A stretch of 64,000 nt of DNA from Polyangia bacterium (GCA_050287845.1 JBNKCR010000013.1:41008-105007); one strand, 5' to 3'; counted from the stretch's first letter, positions 20,179 to 30,665 are shown. A program made the numbers and translations. Notes: a model not told the origin generated them from the sequence alone.

Positions 20179-20204
20179 TCGGTCCAGTTATTCGGTCCAG
20201 TTAT
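20179..20204. repeat. 13-bp tandem direct repeat TCGGTCCAGTTAT x2
   Basis: Exact duplication in the intergenic region upstream of the DT-lipoprotein gene. Confidence 0.85.
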
Positions 20205-20258
20205 ACTGAAACTTCTGCTATCGTAAACTATACCAGAAAACTTTCGAAATCTGGAAAT

Positions 20259-21518
20259 TCAAAAGAATTTCTTTCTCGCCAGTGAAAGCAGGACATCCGC
20301 TGTATTGTCCTCCGGATGCTCCAGCACAGAATCAAGAAGCATCGCCAGAATTTCGCCGATTCTCGGACCAGGTGAAATCCCGAGTTCAGAGATCAGGTCG
20401 GCCCCTGAAACCGCAAGTTCTCCGATAGTCAATGGCCATAACGACCAGTCTACGGTCGACAATCGCTCTCTGAGCCAGTTGCCGCTGTGGCCGGCATGGG
20501 TGTTCTGCGCCGGATATGCATCGAGAAGCACCAGCAAATCAGGCACTGCGTCTTTCCCCACTTCCGAGATATATCTCCTTAGAGTACCGTCACTGCAACT
20601 TTTTCCAGGAGAAACCGAAAAAAACTGAAGCAGATGCAGCACTTGCTTCCTCGTCCGCCGGTCTATCAGAAAACGCTCCAGCCAATTGGTCACCTTCCGG
20701 GCGTCAATGCCAGTCCAGAATGCAACCAGTCGCAAATGCAAATGCGCAGGCACACTGTCCACAAAGGCAAGCGTCTGGTCCCAATCGCTGTCTGGTCTGC
20801 ATTCATCCGCGGTGGGACAGACATATTTGAATACATCGTTCTGCAGCAACAGGCGAAGCCCTCTGGACGGGCGATTCGCCTGCATCAATTTGAGAAATTC
20901 ATCCCGTTTCCGTTCGACTGAAACATTTTCGAGACGGTGGGCCGTGCGGGGGATGGCATCCGCTGTGCTCGGTTCAATCTCAAATTCCAATGTCGCGGCA
21001 AATCTGGCAGCGCGCATGATGCGAAGACCATCTTCATTAAATCGGGTTTCGGCGTTTCCAACTGCTACAAGCCGACGTTTCCGCAGATCGCGCTCGCCGT
21101 CGAACGGATCAAATATTTCCCGGGTCAGCGGGTTCCAGGCGATGGCATTTACGGTGAAATCCCGACGGGACAAATCTTCTTCAATACCCGTTACAAACTT
21201 TACTGAATCCGGATGACGCCCGTCGCTATATCCCTTTTCAGAGCGCAGGGTGGTCACCTCAAATCCTTCCCTATCCATCAGAACGGTTACTGTACCGTGT
21301 TCGATGCCCGTGGGGATCACCCGATGAAACATTCGCAGCATCTTGTCCGGCGTGGCCGTGGTTGCAAGGTCCCAGTCATCCGGAACATTTTCCAGAAGCA
21401 GGTCGCGAAGTGAACCACCAACCAGATACCCGTCTTCACCATGTTCCGACAGAATCCTGCAAATTTTCGTCACCTGTTCAGGAACTTGAAACTCAACAAA
21501 CTTGCCTGACCTCTCCAA
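20259..21518 (-). CDS. cca: tRNA nucleotidyltransferase (CCA-adding enzyme, class II)
   Basis: LVGGSLRD...DWDLAT, EVTTLR, EDLSRRDFTVNA, RFNEDGLRIMR, VSVER. Confidence 0.92.
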   Translation of the reverse strand: MERSGKFVEFQVPEQVTKICRILSEHGEDGYLVGGSLRDLLLENVPDDWDLATTATPDKMLRMFHRVIPTGIEHGTVTVLMDREGFEVTTLRSEKGYSDGRHPDSVKFVTGIEEDLSRRDFTVNAIAWNPLTREIFDPFDGERDLRKRRLVAVGNAETRFNEDGLRIMRAARFAATLEFEIEPSTADAIPRTAHRLENVSVERKRDEFLKLMQANRPSRGLRLLLQNDVFKYVCPTADECRPDSDWDQTLAFVDSVPAHLHLRLVAFWTGIDARKVTNWLERFLIDRRTRKQVLHLLQFFSVSPGKSCSDGTLRRYISEVGKDAVPDLLVLLDAYPAQNTHAGHSGNWLRERLSTVDWSLWPLTIGELAVSGADLISELGISPGPRIGEILAMLLDSVLEHPEDNTADVLLSLARKKFF

Positions 21519-21638
21519 TGTAAAACTCCTGAATGTGCAATCTGATTATTCTTGCTGATAATTTTTGCAATTCCCCCATAAATGTTAAACTTGCATACTA
21601 TGTCTATCCGAAATACAAAATGAATATCATAGATAAAA

Positions 21639-23666
21639 ATGACTATCATTGGTAAATATCGACTTGAGAAAAAGCTTGCGCACGGTGGAATGGCTGAAAT
21701 CTTTCTGGCACGGCCATCGGAAAGCCCCGCGGATGCCTCTCCTGTGGTGATCAAGCAGATTCTTCCCAATCTCGCCCATGATCAACGTTTTGTCGCCATG
21801 TTCCTGAATGAAGCACAGCTGGCAGCGCACATGCATCACCCCAACATCGTACGGGTTATGGAATTTGGAGAAGAAAACGGGCGGCTGTACATGGTGATGG
21901 AGTTTGTGGATGGTCTGGACTGCTGGCGCTTTTCACAACGATCTGAATTGTGGGGTGTACACCGCAGCGGCATTGCCATCTACATCATCCGTCAGGTACT
22001 GGATGCGCTGCACTATGCCCACAATGTCCGGGATGTGAATGGCGAATTGCTTCAGGTGGTACATCGGGATCTATCTCCGTCGAATATTTATTTTTCAAAA
22101 AATGGTGCGGTAAAACTGGGCGACTTCGGCATTGCCCGTATCGAATCCAACCGATTCCGTCCCGTGGAAATTATTCCCAAGGGCAAATACGGATACATGG
22201 CGCCGGAGCAGGTTGAGGGGGGTCCGGTGGACATGCGCGCCGATGTTTATTCGGCGGGCGTCGTGCTTACGGAGCTTCTCATTCAGCAACAGCTGTTTAC
22301 CGGTACCAGCCAACTGAGCATCATGCTGGACATTCGCGACGGCCGGCTCGATCGACTGCAACAGAATGCCGAAAAAATTCCCGGCGGCCTCAAACAGATT
22401 CTCGAGCAGGCCCTGGCCAGGAATCCGGCTGACCGGTTCAAAACGGCCTTTGAGTTCAACGAAGCGTTGCTGAAATACCAATCCGCAACTGGTGAGAAGA
22501 TTTCGAAAGGTCAGTTTGCAGCGCAGATCGAGAATGTCCTGCATAAGTCCAATACCCGCAGAGAAATCAGCTCCGACATTGGCGCCATCGCCCGCACGCT
22601 TGCCGGAAAAGAAATTCTCGGCCTTCAGATCACCAACTCCGATGGCGCGACCGCAGTGGACGCCATTGCCGACATCGGCCGCGACGGCACTCCGGTCACC
22701 CAGGACGTTGACGAACGCATTGGGAGTGCCAGATACTGGGCTCGACTCGAAAACAATTCCATTCTGGGCCCCACCCCCTTTGCGCATATCGTCGAGCTGA
22801 TATACAATGATAAAATTTCGGCAGATACAGAAATATCCACAAATGGCAGAAGCTATCACCCCGCGCGTCAATACGAAGAGCTGGTGCGGCACCTACCGGT
22901 CTACACGCCAACATCAACACGCGACGAAGTGAATCAACCCAAGCGCAGGGGACTGATGGAAATTGAGTCACCATCAAATGTACTCCTCACAATGGCATTT
23001 TCCGGAGATACCGGAGCGCTCATATGCGAGAAGGAAGGCAAGCGTAAAGAAGCATATGTCCGCAACGGCACACTGGTTTATGCGGGTTCCAATGAATCCT
23101 CAGAACTTCTGGGAGAATATCTGGTTGAAAACGGTGTCGTTGAACGAATGGAACTTGAGATGGCACTGGCGCTGCTTCCGAAGTTTCACGGTCATCTGGG
23201 CGACACACTCATCGCCCTGGGAATGCTCACTGCTGTTGATCTGTTCAAACACATCAGTGGTCAGATTGAACAGCGTCTGGCGGATCTCCTTTCGTGGAAC
23301 ACCGGAAAATACGAATTTTTCGAAGGTGTGAAAGTGCGAAAAGGGGTCCTGGAGGTTCAGATAGATGTGGTGAATTTCGTACGGCAGGACTTGCTGAACC
23401 GAATGGAGAACACACCGGGCAATGACATCTTCGACGCCCTGGTACATCAGAACGTATGTCCGACGAATCTGGCATCGGTTGCAATTGACCGATTGCGACT
23501 TCCGCCGGATCTCGATAATATCACTCGTTCCATTCAGAACTGGTGCCCGGTTTCCGCATTGCTGTTGCATCCGGAAAATTCAGCTGAAGCGATTGGGAAA
23601 GCACTGTTCTTCTGCATCGAATCCGGATTGTGGACTTGTGATGCCTCCAGTATTCCCTGGCATTGA
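21639..23666 (+). CDS. Eukaryotic-like Ser/Thr protein kinase with GYF-like and DUF4388-like C-terminal domains
   Basis: GGMAEIF, VIKQILP, HRDLSPSN, DFGIA, GKYGYMAPEQ; YW...GP...I....S.NG; LLGEYLVENG...LGDTLIALG. Confidence 0.9.
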   Translation: MTIIGKYRLEKKLAHGGMAEIFLARPSESPADASPVVIKQILPNLAHDQRFVAMFLNEAQLAAHMHHPNIVRVMEFGEENGRLYMVMEFVDGLDCWRFSQRSELWGVHRSGIAIYIIRQVLDALHYAHNVRDVNGELLQVVHRDLSPSNIYFSKNGAVKLGDFGIARIESNRFRPVEIIPKGKYGYMAPEQVEGGPVDMRADVYSAGVVLTELLIQQQLFTGTSQLSIMLDIRDGRLDRLQQNAEKIPGGLKQILEQALARNPADRFKTAFEFNEALLKYQSATGEKISKGQFAAQIENVLHKSNTRREISSDIGAIARTLAGKEILGLQITNSDGATAVDAIADIGRDGTPVTQDVDERIGSARYWARLENNSILGPTPFAHIVELIYNDKISADTEISTNGRSYHPARQYEELVRHLPVYTPTSTRDEVNQPKRRGLMEIESPSNVLLTMAFSGDTGALICEKEGKRKEAYVRNGTLVYAGSNESSELLGEYLVENGVVERMELEMALALLPKFHGHLGDTLIALGMLTAVDLFKHISGQIEQRLADLLSWNTGKYEFFEGVKVRKGVLEVQIDVVNFVRQDLLNRMENTPGNDIFDALVHQNVCPTNLASVAIDRLRLPPDLDNITRSIQNWCPVSALLLHPENSAEAIGKALFFCIESGLWTCDASSIPWH

Positions 23667-23916
23667 ATCCCTTGCATTCCCTTTCCGGAACCCAAACATC
23701 GCACGCTGATTTAAAATACCTGAGCTACCAGAATCCCTCCTCCCCAGACACTTGACAACCCCCCGGAAATACGATTTAAGTTCGGACGACAGGTGACATT
23801 GGTTTGATCTGAAAACCTATTCCCAAAGCGCATTACCGAAAGTCGCAGTAGTCTTATCTGAAAAAAAACCAAACACTGAAAATGCAGGCATCGAATATAT
23901 TTGAGGAGAAATTACT

Positions 23917-25653
23917 ATGAAACCAGGATTTCCTTTTCCCGTACTTGCACTGTCCCTCGCACTGATTGCAGGGTGCAGCGGCGACGCCGGCACAGGAGCT
24001 CAAAAGAAACAGCCTGAAAATACCGTTACCGAAAAAGTAAAAATTGATATGCATATCATGTCAAAATGCACGTGGTCCGCCAAAGTACTCACCACCCTTT
24101 TTCCCATTCTGGACAAGATGGGGGAGAATATCATTCTGGACCTTCACTACATCGCCCGGGAAGAAAAGGGGGAGTGGAAAACCATTCATGGTGAATCGGA
24201 GATTTCCGGAAACACTATTCAACTATGCGTTAAAAAACACGCCGATTCCGACAAGAAATGGATTTCCTTTCTGAAATGTCAGGTCAAGGGTTGGAGTAAA
24301 ATTCCCGCAGGATGGGAAAAATGCGCAGAGACTGCCAGAATTGATGCAGGCACCATCCAGAAATGTGCGGAGGGAGACGAAGGCAAAACGCTCCTGGAGG
24401 ATTCCTTCAAGTACTCTCAGGACAAGGGCGCCAAAGGCAGCCCAACCATATTTCTGGGCGGAGAACCATATACTGGCGGTAGAACGGAAGCATCTTTCCG
24501 ACGCGCAATCTGTGACAAATTCACAGGTACCAAACCGGAATATTGTCAGAATATCCCAGAACCCACAAAGGTGCCCGTCACGGTAATCACCGACAAACGT
24601 TGCGAAGGGCGTGCGTGTAACCCGCGGAGATTTATGGCATTCGTCCGCAGTGCGTTTGAAGGCGCAGAAATTCGGACCTTTGACTACTCGGAACCGGAAG
24701 GCCAGAAACTGTTTGAACATTCCGGTCAGAAGTATTTGCCTGTGGCTATCTTTGGGGCCAACATCGAAAAAGTGGAAAATGGATATGCCCGACTGAAACG
24801 TCATATGGTTCGATTGGAGAAAACGGGCGAGTTCATTTATCCCCTTGGAGATATTGGGAAGCCGCCATGGGACCCCAAAGCCGAGATCTGCAACGATTAC
24901 ATTGACAACACCGGCAATGGCAAGGTGGACTGCAAAGACGAAAGCTGCAATGGCAAAAAGGTATGCAGAGAGGAAATCACCGGCCGACTGGACCTTTTTG
25001 TCATGAGTCACTGCCACTACGGTGTCCGTACAGTCAATGCCATGGCTCCCGTGCTCGAACATTTCGATAAAGATCGCGAAAGTATGGATTTTAACCTGCA
25101 ATTTATCGGAAAAATCGAGGGCGAAAAGCTGACGGCGCTGCACGGTCCCCGGGAAGTCGCCGAAAACCGAAGACAAATTTGCGCACAGAAGTACTATCCC
25201 AACGGCTACAAGTTCATGGAATATGTTCTCTGCCGCAACGAGCATTTCCAAAAAAACAGCGGTCGGGAAGAAGAGAATGCCTGGGAAGAGTGCGCCCGGG
25301 ACGGCATCAGTGCCGCTGTGCTGAAAAAATGTGCGGAAAGCGAAGAAGGCGAATCCCTGCTCGCCCAATCGTACAATCTGGCAGATTCACTTGGACTTAC
25401 AGGATCTCCCAGCTGGTTGCTTAATAACCGATATGATATGAGGGCGCGATCCCCCATCCAAATCCGGGACGAATTCTGTGCAAAGAATGCCGGCAATCCC
25501 AAATGCGACAAACCGATGAACAGGGATGAGGTAACGCCACCTTCTCCCGTTCCGGATGATTCCTGCGACGGCGCGTCCCCGCCGCTTCGGAAAAAGTTCA
25601 ACTCCCATGTGCCGGAAGCTATTTACAGCGATACAGATTCCGCGCCGATTTGA
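23917..25653 (+). CDS. Lipoprotein with two thioredoxin/DsbA(GILT)-like domains, Cys-rich
   Basis: Lipobox IAGC; MSKCTWS...HGESE...GSPT and MSHCHYG...HGPRE...GSPS duplicated pattern. Confidence 0.65.
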   Translation: MKPGFPFPVLALSLALIAGCSGDAGTGAQKKQPENTVTEKVKIDMHIMSKCTWSAKVLTTLFPILDKMGENIILDLHYIAREEKGEWKTIHGESEISGNTIQLCVKKHADSDKKWISFLKCQVKGWSKIPAGWEKCAETARIDAGTIQKCAEGDEGKTLLEDSFKYSQDKGAKGSPTIFLGGEPYTGGRTEASFRRAICDKFTGTKPEYCQNIPEPTKVPVTVITDKRCEGRACNPRRFMAFVRSAFEGAEIRTFDYSEPEGQKLFEHSGQKYLPVAIFGANIEKVENGYARLKRHMVRLEKTGEFIYPLGDIGKPPWDPKAEICNDYIDNTGNGKVDCKDESCNGKKVCREEITGRLDLFVMSHCHYGVRTVNAMAPVLEHFDKDRESMDFNLQFIGKIEGEKLTALHGPREVAENRRQICAQKYYPNGYKFMEYVLCRNEHFQKNSGREEENAWEECARDGISAAVLKKCAESEEGESLLAQSYNLADSLGLTGSPSWLLNNRYDMRARSPIQIRDEFCAKNAGNPKCDKPMNRDEVTPPSPVPDDSCDGASPPLRKKFNSHVPEAIYSDTDSAPI

Positions 25654-25733
25654 ACAGGTGTCGCCGGATGATTATCCGCACGCTCCCCCCATGGAATTCA
25701 GAAGAGAAAAATCAGAATCGTATTGTTTTTCAT

Positions 25734-25762
25734 TTGACACATCTATATGGCGATGATAGACG
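25734..25762 (+). promoter_or_regulatory. Putative sigma70-type promoter for the tRNA-Gln/prs operon
   Basis: TTGACA (25734-25739), 17 nt, TAGACG with preceding TG. Confidence 0.5.
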
Positions 25763-25769
25763 CCTTTCG

Positions 25770-25855
25770 CAGGTGATACCGGCGCGAACCGAAGGCCTCA
25801 TGGAGGTAGGCGGGCCCGGATGATAAATTCCCCATGCCCTAACGGTCCTCGCCTG
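25770..25855 (+). ncRNA. Candidate structured leader / small RNA upstream of tRNA-Gln
   Basis: Terminal stem CAGGTGA/TCGCCTG, inner ACCG/CGGT, hairpins GCCTC/GAGGT and GGGC/GCCC; begins at predicted TSS; no family recognised. Confidence 0.3.
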
Positions 25856-25863
25856 GACATTAA

Positions 25864-25936
25864 TGGGACGTAGGCCAATTGGTAGGCCCCAGGTTTTTGG
25901 TACCTGTCATTGCAGGTTCGAGTCCTGCCGTCCCAG
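25864..25936 (+). tRNA. tRNA-Gln (TTG)
   Basis: TGGGACG TAGGCCAATTGGTAGGCCC CAGGT-TTTTGGT-ACCTG TCATTGCAGGTTCGAGTCCTGC CGTCCCAG; conserved position before prs. Confidence 0.95.
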
Positions 25937-26014
25937 CAACTGGCGAGGACTTTTTTTTTGCCCTCCCATTATTGATTCAACATTTTACGCATATTTCCAA
26001 TTAAGGAGATTTTT

Positions 26015-26974
26015 ATGGACATGCAAAAAACGCTGCTCGTTGCCGGAACGGCGAATATGCCCCTGGCACGAAAAATCAGCGATTCCTCAGGAATCCCGCT
26101 GTGTGCAGCGACGGTAACACGGTTTTCCGATGGCGAAATATTTGCACAGATTGAAGAAAGTGTTCGTGGCGTACACGTTTTTGTCGTGCAACCCACCTGT
26201 CCACCGGCCAACGATAATCTCATGGAGCTACTCGTCATCATCGACGCACTGAACCGCGCATCTGCTTCATCGGTCACTGCTGTGACGCCGTACTACGGGT
26301 ATTCCCGTCAGGATCGCAAGGTATCCCCCAGAACACCGATTACCGCGAAGCTGGTTGCCAATCTACTCACAGCTGCCGGTGTGGACCGGATTGTGTCGCT
26401 GGACTTGCATGCCGGCCAGATTCAGGGATTCTTTGATATTCCATTTGATAACCTCTACGGTCTGGAAGTCCTGTGTAATCACATCAGGAACCAGGTGAAT
26501 AAAGATGTGGTAATTGTCTCCCCGGACGCCGGAGGTGTGCGTCGTGCACGCAGTTTCGCGAAAAACCTCAACGCCAACCTCGCAATCATCGACAAGCGGC
26601 GTCCAAGAGCCAACGAAGTGGCTATCATGCATATCATCGGCGATGTGAAGGATGCCAATTGTATCATCGTTGATGATATGATTGATACGGCGGGCACACT
26701 GTGCAGTGGCGCGGCGGCAATAAAAGAGGCGGGGGCCAGGCGGGTGATGGCCGCCATCACCCATGGGGTGCTTTCCGGTCCGGCAATAGATCGACTGGAA
26801 AAATCTGTACTCGACAAATTATTCATTACGGACACTATTCCGCTGTCAGAAGAAAAGCAGAAACGGGCTCGCATCGAGGTTGTCTCCTGCGGAGAGCTGT
26901 TGGGTGAAGCGCTCCGCCGTATTCATCTGGGCGAGTCGTTAAGCTCTTTATTTCAGGAAGATTACAAAGACTAA
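26015..26974 (+). CDS. prs: Ribose-phosphate pyrophosphokinase
   Basis: FSDGE, PYYGYSRQDRK, DLHAGQIQGFF, VSPDAGG, VDDMIDTAGT. Confidence 0.98.
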   Translation: MDMQKTLLVAGTANMPLARKISDSSGIPLCAATVTRFSDGEIFAQIEESVRGVHVFVVQPTCPPANDNLMELLVIIDALNRASASSVTAVTPYYGYSRQDRKVSPRTPITAKLVANLLTAAGVDRIVSLDLHAGQIQGFFDIPFDNLYGLEVLCNHIRNQVNKDVVIVSPDAGGVRRARSFAKNLNANLAIIDKRRPRANEVAIMHIIGDVKDANCIIVDDMIDTAGTLCSGAAAIKEAGARRVMAAITHGVLSGPAIDRLEKSVLDKLFITDTIPLSEEKQKRARIEVVSCGELLGEALRRIHLGESLSSLFQEDYKD

Positions 26975-27012
26975 AATAAACACTGGAAATACCTAAGGAA
27001 ACAGGTGATCAA

Positions 27013-27633
27013 ATGGAATTCATCAAAATAGAAGCACTTGGAAGAAACAGCAAAGGCAAAGGCGCTGCGCGTCGTATGCGTGCCGCCGGACGGGTACCGG
27101 CAGTAGTATACGGAAAAAACATCGAGACAAAAGCAATCTCCGTAGACCCGGAGATCCTCACAAAGGTACTGGCCGGTCCATTGAGAGTCAACACCCCTCT
27201 CGACGTGGTTATCACTGACCCCGACTCCGGAAAAACCGAAGACGCTCTCGTTATCGTGAAAGACCATCAATATGACCCGGTCTCCCGCGATCTGCTGCAC
27301 GTTGATTTTCTCTCCATTCAGCAGGGCACACCTATTCAGGTGGACGTTCCCATAGAAAAAGTGGGCCGTTCCGTGGGCGAGCAGCTCGGTGGCGTTTTAC
27401 GAATGGTGCATAGAACCATTCCAATAGTTTGCCTCCCCAAAGACATTCCGGCAAAAATCTCCGTGGATGTCGCTCCTCTTCAAGCGGGCATTACTTTCCA
27501 CGTAGCCGACATGACGCTGGCTGAGGGGCTCACCATTGCATTGCCCCCGCAGGAAGCCATTCTGACCATTTCCGCGATAGCGGTCGAAGAAGTTGCCGTC
27601 GAAGCGCCGGCAGCAAGTGGCAAGAAGAAATAG
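27013..27633 (+). CDS. rplY: 50S ribosomal protein L25 / general stress protein Ctc (long form)
   Basis: GKGAARRMRAAGRVPAVVYG, QYDPV...HVDF; prs-rplY-pth synteny. Confidence 0.95.
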   Translation: MEFIKIEALGRNSKGKGAARRMRAAGRVPAVVYGKNIETKAISVDPEILTKVLAGPLRVNTPLDVVITDPDSGKTEDALVIVKDHQYDPVSRDLLHVDFLSIQQGTPIQVDVPIEKVGRSVGEQLGGVLRMVHRTIPIVCLPKDIPAKISVDVAPLQAGITFHVADMTLAEGLTIALPPQEAILTISAIAVEEVAVEAPAASGKKK

Positions 27634-27720
27634 TCAACGTTTTCTCCGATGCCATATCGCGGATTCGCGGTGTTCAGATTCTCCCGACAAAATTTCAGGT
27701 TGATATTACAGGTGACTTAA

Positions 27721-28311
27721 ATGGAAAACCCCATTCTCATTACCGGCCTTGGCAACCCAGGTGCCAGATATGACAATACACGCCACAATATCGGGTTCTC
27801 TGTGGCAGATGCACTTTGTAACCGCTTCGGTTCATTCATGACTCGGTGGCAGGAAAAATTTAAAGGACGTTTCTGCAAAGTCAATATCGCAGGAAAACAG
27901 ACAATTCTACTCAAGCCGCAAACGTTCATGAATCTGAGCGGACAAAGTGTCCAGCCAGCCATGGGTTTCTTTAAATTATCTATCGATCACTTAATTATTA
28001 TTCATGATGATATTGACCTTGATTATGGTATGGTCCGCTTGAAATCCGGCGGTGGTACCGGCGGGCACAACGGGCTCAACTCGTTGAAGAAAGAATTGGG
28101 CAGTACCGACTTTCACCGCATCAGGATTGGCGTAGGCCGTCCAGTACATGGAGATGTTTCAGATTTTGTGCTCAAAAGTTTTACCCCGGATGAGCAGATT
28201 GAACTTGATTCAATTATTGACCGGGCCTGCAAGGCAATTGAGTGCATTGCTGAATTTGGAATCGTTAAGGCAATGAATCACTTTAATCAACGTCAAGGAG
28301 ATAATCTATGA
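27721..28311 (+). CDS. pth: Peptidyl-tRNA hydrolase
   Basis: [36 protein letters not shown]. Confidence 0.98.
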   Translation: MENPILITGLGNPGARYDNTRHNIGFSVADALCNRFGSFMTRWQEKFKGRFCKVNIAGKQTILLKPQTFMNLSGQSVQPAMGFFKLSIDHLIIIHDDIDLDYGMVRLKSGGGTGGHNGLNSLKKELGSTDFHRIRIGVGRPVHGDVSDFVLKSFTPDEQIELDSIIDRACKAIECIAEFGIVKAMNHFNQRQGDNL

Positions 28312-30464
28312 ACCTCAGCACATTGCTACTTGTAGCACCAATTGCGGGGGCATTGGCTCTGGCATATGCGTTTATTAAAACGGGTATGATCAATAAAGCT
28401 GATGCCGGGACAGACAAAATGAAAGAAATCGGCGCACACATTCGTGAAGGTGCCATGGCATTTCTGGGACGTGAATACAAAGTACTGGCAATCTTTGTAA
28501 TTATCGTCGCCGCATTGCTTGCCATTGCCAACGGCAGTATGGAAGACTCCAGTCCGCTGGTAGGTCTTTCTTTTGTGGTTGGCGCCATCTGCTCCGGTCT
28601 GGCCGGTTTCTTCGGCATGCGCGTGGCCACCGCGGCAAACATCCGCACCACAGCGGCCGCCCGGGACGGACTCAACAAAGCACTGGCGATCGCCTTCGGC
28701 GGCGGCGCAGTGATGGGAATGAGCGTTGTGGGACTGGCCACTCTTGGTCTGGGTCTGCTTCTCCTCATTTTCGCCAATCTGTGGAATTTCACCGGTGAAA
28801 TGAACGAAACCATGCTGGTACTCAACACGGTTACCGGATTCTCTCTGGGCGCCAGTTCCATCGCCCTCTTCGCCCGTGTGGGCGGCGGTATCTATACCAA
28901 AGCCGCTGACGTCGGTGCCGACCTGGTGGGCAAAGTCGAAGCCGGCATTCCCGAAGACGACCCCCGCAACCCCGCAACCATCGCCGACAACGTGGGTGAC
29001 AACGTGGGTGACGTGGCCGGTATGGGCGCTGACCTTTTCGAATCTTATGTGGGTTCCATTATTGGCGCCATGGTTCTCGGTGCATCCTGGATTGGCGCGT
29101 TTGCCGCTGCCGGCGTTGCTAAAGAAGCACAATACAATGCAATCATTTTCCCACTGGTAGTTGCTGCCGTGGGTATCGTACTTTCCATTATTGGCACTTT
29201 CTTCGTTCGAACCAAAGAAGGCGGAAACCCCCAGACGGCACTGAATGTCGGAACCTTCGGCACCGCTGGTCTGACAGCTGTTGCCACCTATGTTCTGGCC
29301 AATCTGATGCTGCCCGCATCCTGGACAGTTGGTGAAGGCGACGCTGCAGTCACCTTCACCTGGTGGGGCATCGCCACTGCGGCGGTTATCGGTCTTGCTG
29401 CCGGTACCGCCATCGGTCTGATCACTGAGTATTACACCGGTGAAGACAAAACACCTACCAACCAGATTGCGGATGCTTCCATGACGGGCGCCGCTACCAA
29501 TATCATTAAAGGTCTTGCAGTGGGTATGTCCTCCACCACCTGGCCACTGATTGTTATTGCTATCGCCATCGTTGCGGCCTTCAGCCTTGCCGGCCTGTAC
29601 GGCATCGCCATTGCAGCGCTGGGGATGCTCTCCACCACCGGGATTCAGCTGGCAGTTGATGCATACGGTCCCATCGCTGACAACGCCGGGGGTATCGCCG
29701 AGATGAGCGAACTGCCCAAGGAAGTTCGCGGTCGCACCGACAAGCTCGACGCCGTGGGCAATACCACTGCCGCTATCGGTAAAGGATTCGCCATCGGTTC
29801 GGCAGCGCTGACCGCGCTGGCACTTTTCGCAGCGTTCAGAACCCAGATTGACACCATCTCCGCAAAAGGACACCTGAACATCAATACTTCTCTCGACATC
29901 GCCGATCCAATCGTTATGGCGGGTCTGTTCATTGGCGGTATGCTGCCCTTCCTGTTCAGCTCCTTCGCCATGGACGCCGTGGGTCGCGCTGCGCAGGCGA
30001 TGATCGCTGAAGTGCGTCGGCAGTTTAAAGAAATCCCCGGATTGATGGAAGGCAAAGCCAAAGCGGAATACGCAAAATGCGTAGACATCTCCACAGCGGC
30101 AGCCATCAGAGAAATGATTGTGCCCGGCCTCATCGCCGTGCTGGTTCCCGTCGCCGTAGGATTCATCAGCATCCGCGGTCTGGGTGGCGTTCTTGCCGGT
30201 GTTACCGTTTCCGGTGTTCTGATGGCGCTCTTCCAGTCCAATGCCGGCGGTGCATGGGACAACGCCAAAAAACACATTGAAGGTGGCGCCAATGGCGGCA
30301 AGGGTTCCGAAGCTCACGCGGCAGCGGTAACCGGCGACACTGTAGGTGACCCCTTCAAAGATACCGCAGGTCCCGCGCTCAACATTCTGGTCAAGCTGAT
30401 GAGCGTTGTATCCCTGGTTCTCGCACCTGTTTTCGCCCAATGGGGCAATCTTCTCTTCCCCTGA
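28308..30464 (+). CDS. hppA: Membrane-bound pyrophosphatase, K+-dependent type (probably Na+-translocating)
   Basis: [44 protein letters not shown] (Ala = K+-dependent), [10 protein letters not shown]. Confidence 0.96.
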   Translation: MNLSTLLLVAPIAGALALAYAFIKTGMINKADAGTDKMKEIGAHIREGAMAFLGREYKVLAIFVIIVAALLAIANGSMEDSSPLVGLSFVVGAICSGLAGFFGMRVATAANIRTTAAARDGLNKALAIAFGGGAVMGMSVVGLATLGLGLLLLIFANLWNFTGEMNETMLVLNTVTGFSLGASSIALFARVGGGIYTKAADVGADLVGKVEAGIPEDDPRNPATIADNVGDNVGDVAGMGADLFESYVGSIIGAMVLGASWIGAFAAAGVAKEAQYNAIIFPLVVAAVGIVLSIIGTFFVRTKEGGNPQTALNVGTFGTAGLTAVATYVLANLMLPASWTVGEGDAAVTFTWWGIATAAVIGLAAGTAIGLITEYYTGEDKTPTNQIADASMTGAATNIIKGLAVGMSSTTWPLIVIAIAIVAAFSLAGLYGIAIAALGMLSTTGIQLAVDAYGPIADNAGGIAEMSELPKEVRGRTDKLDAVGNTTAAIGKGFAIGSAALTALALFAAFRTQIDTISAKGHLNINTSLDIADPIVMAGLFIGGMLPFLFSSFAMDAVGRAAQAMIAEVRRQFKEIPGLMEGKAKAEYAKCVDISTAAAIREMIVPGLIAVLVPVAVGFISIRGLGGVLAGVTVSGVLMALFQSNAGGAWDNAKKHIEGGANGGKGSEAHAAAVTGDTVGDPFKDTAGPALNILVKLMSVVSLVLAPVFAQWGNLLFP

Positions 30465-30665
30465 GTTTTTCCCTCGATTCTTGCGCACGTTCCCAATCGC
30501 AGACAAATCAAACTGAAACGAAACTGAATGGGAATTCCGGTCAGCCAACTGAAAGAAATCCCCTTCGGCCATTGTTCCGGCAATCTTACCTTCTGTCTGT
30601 TTTCTTCGTGAATCGTTTCAATTCATATTGCAGGTCGTACACAGACATTGTAATGTCGCGACACC

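Noticed and set aside
25770..25855. Calling this segment a functional tRNA, 5S rRNA or PRPP/ykkC riboswitch
   Set aside because: No TpsiC loop or canonical anticodon arm, and no consensus motifs of those families recognised
28326..30572. 748-aa antisense ORF over hppA
   Set aside because: In-register shadow of a conserved, codon-biased gene; no recognisable motifs
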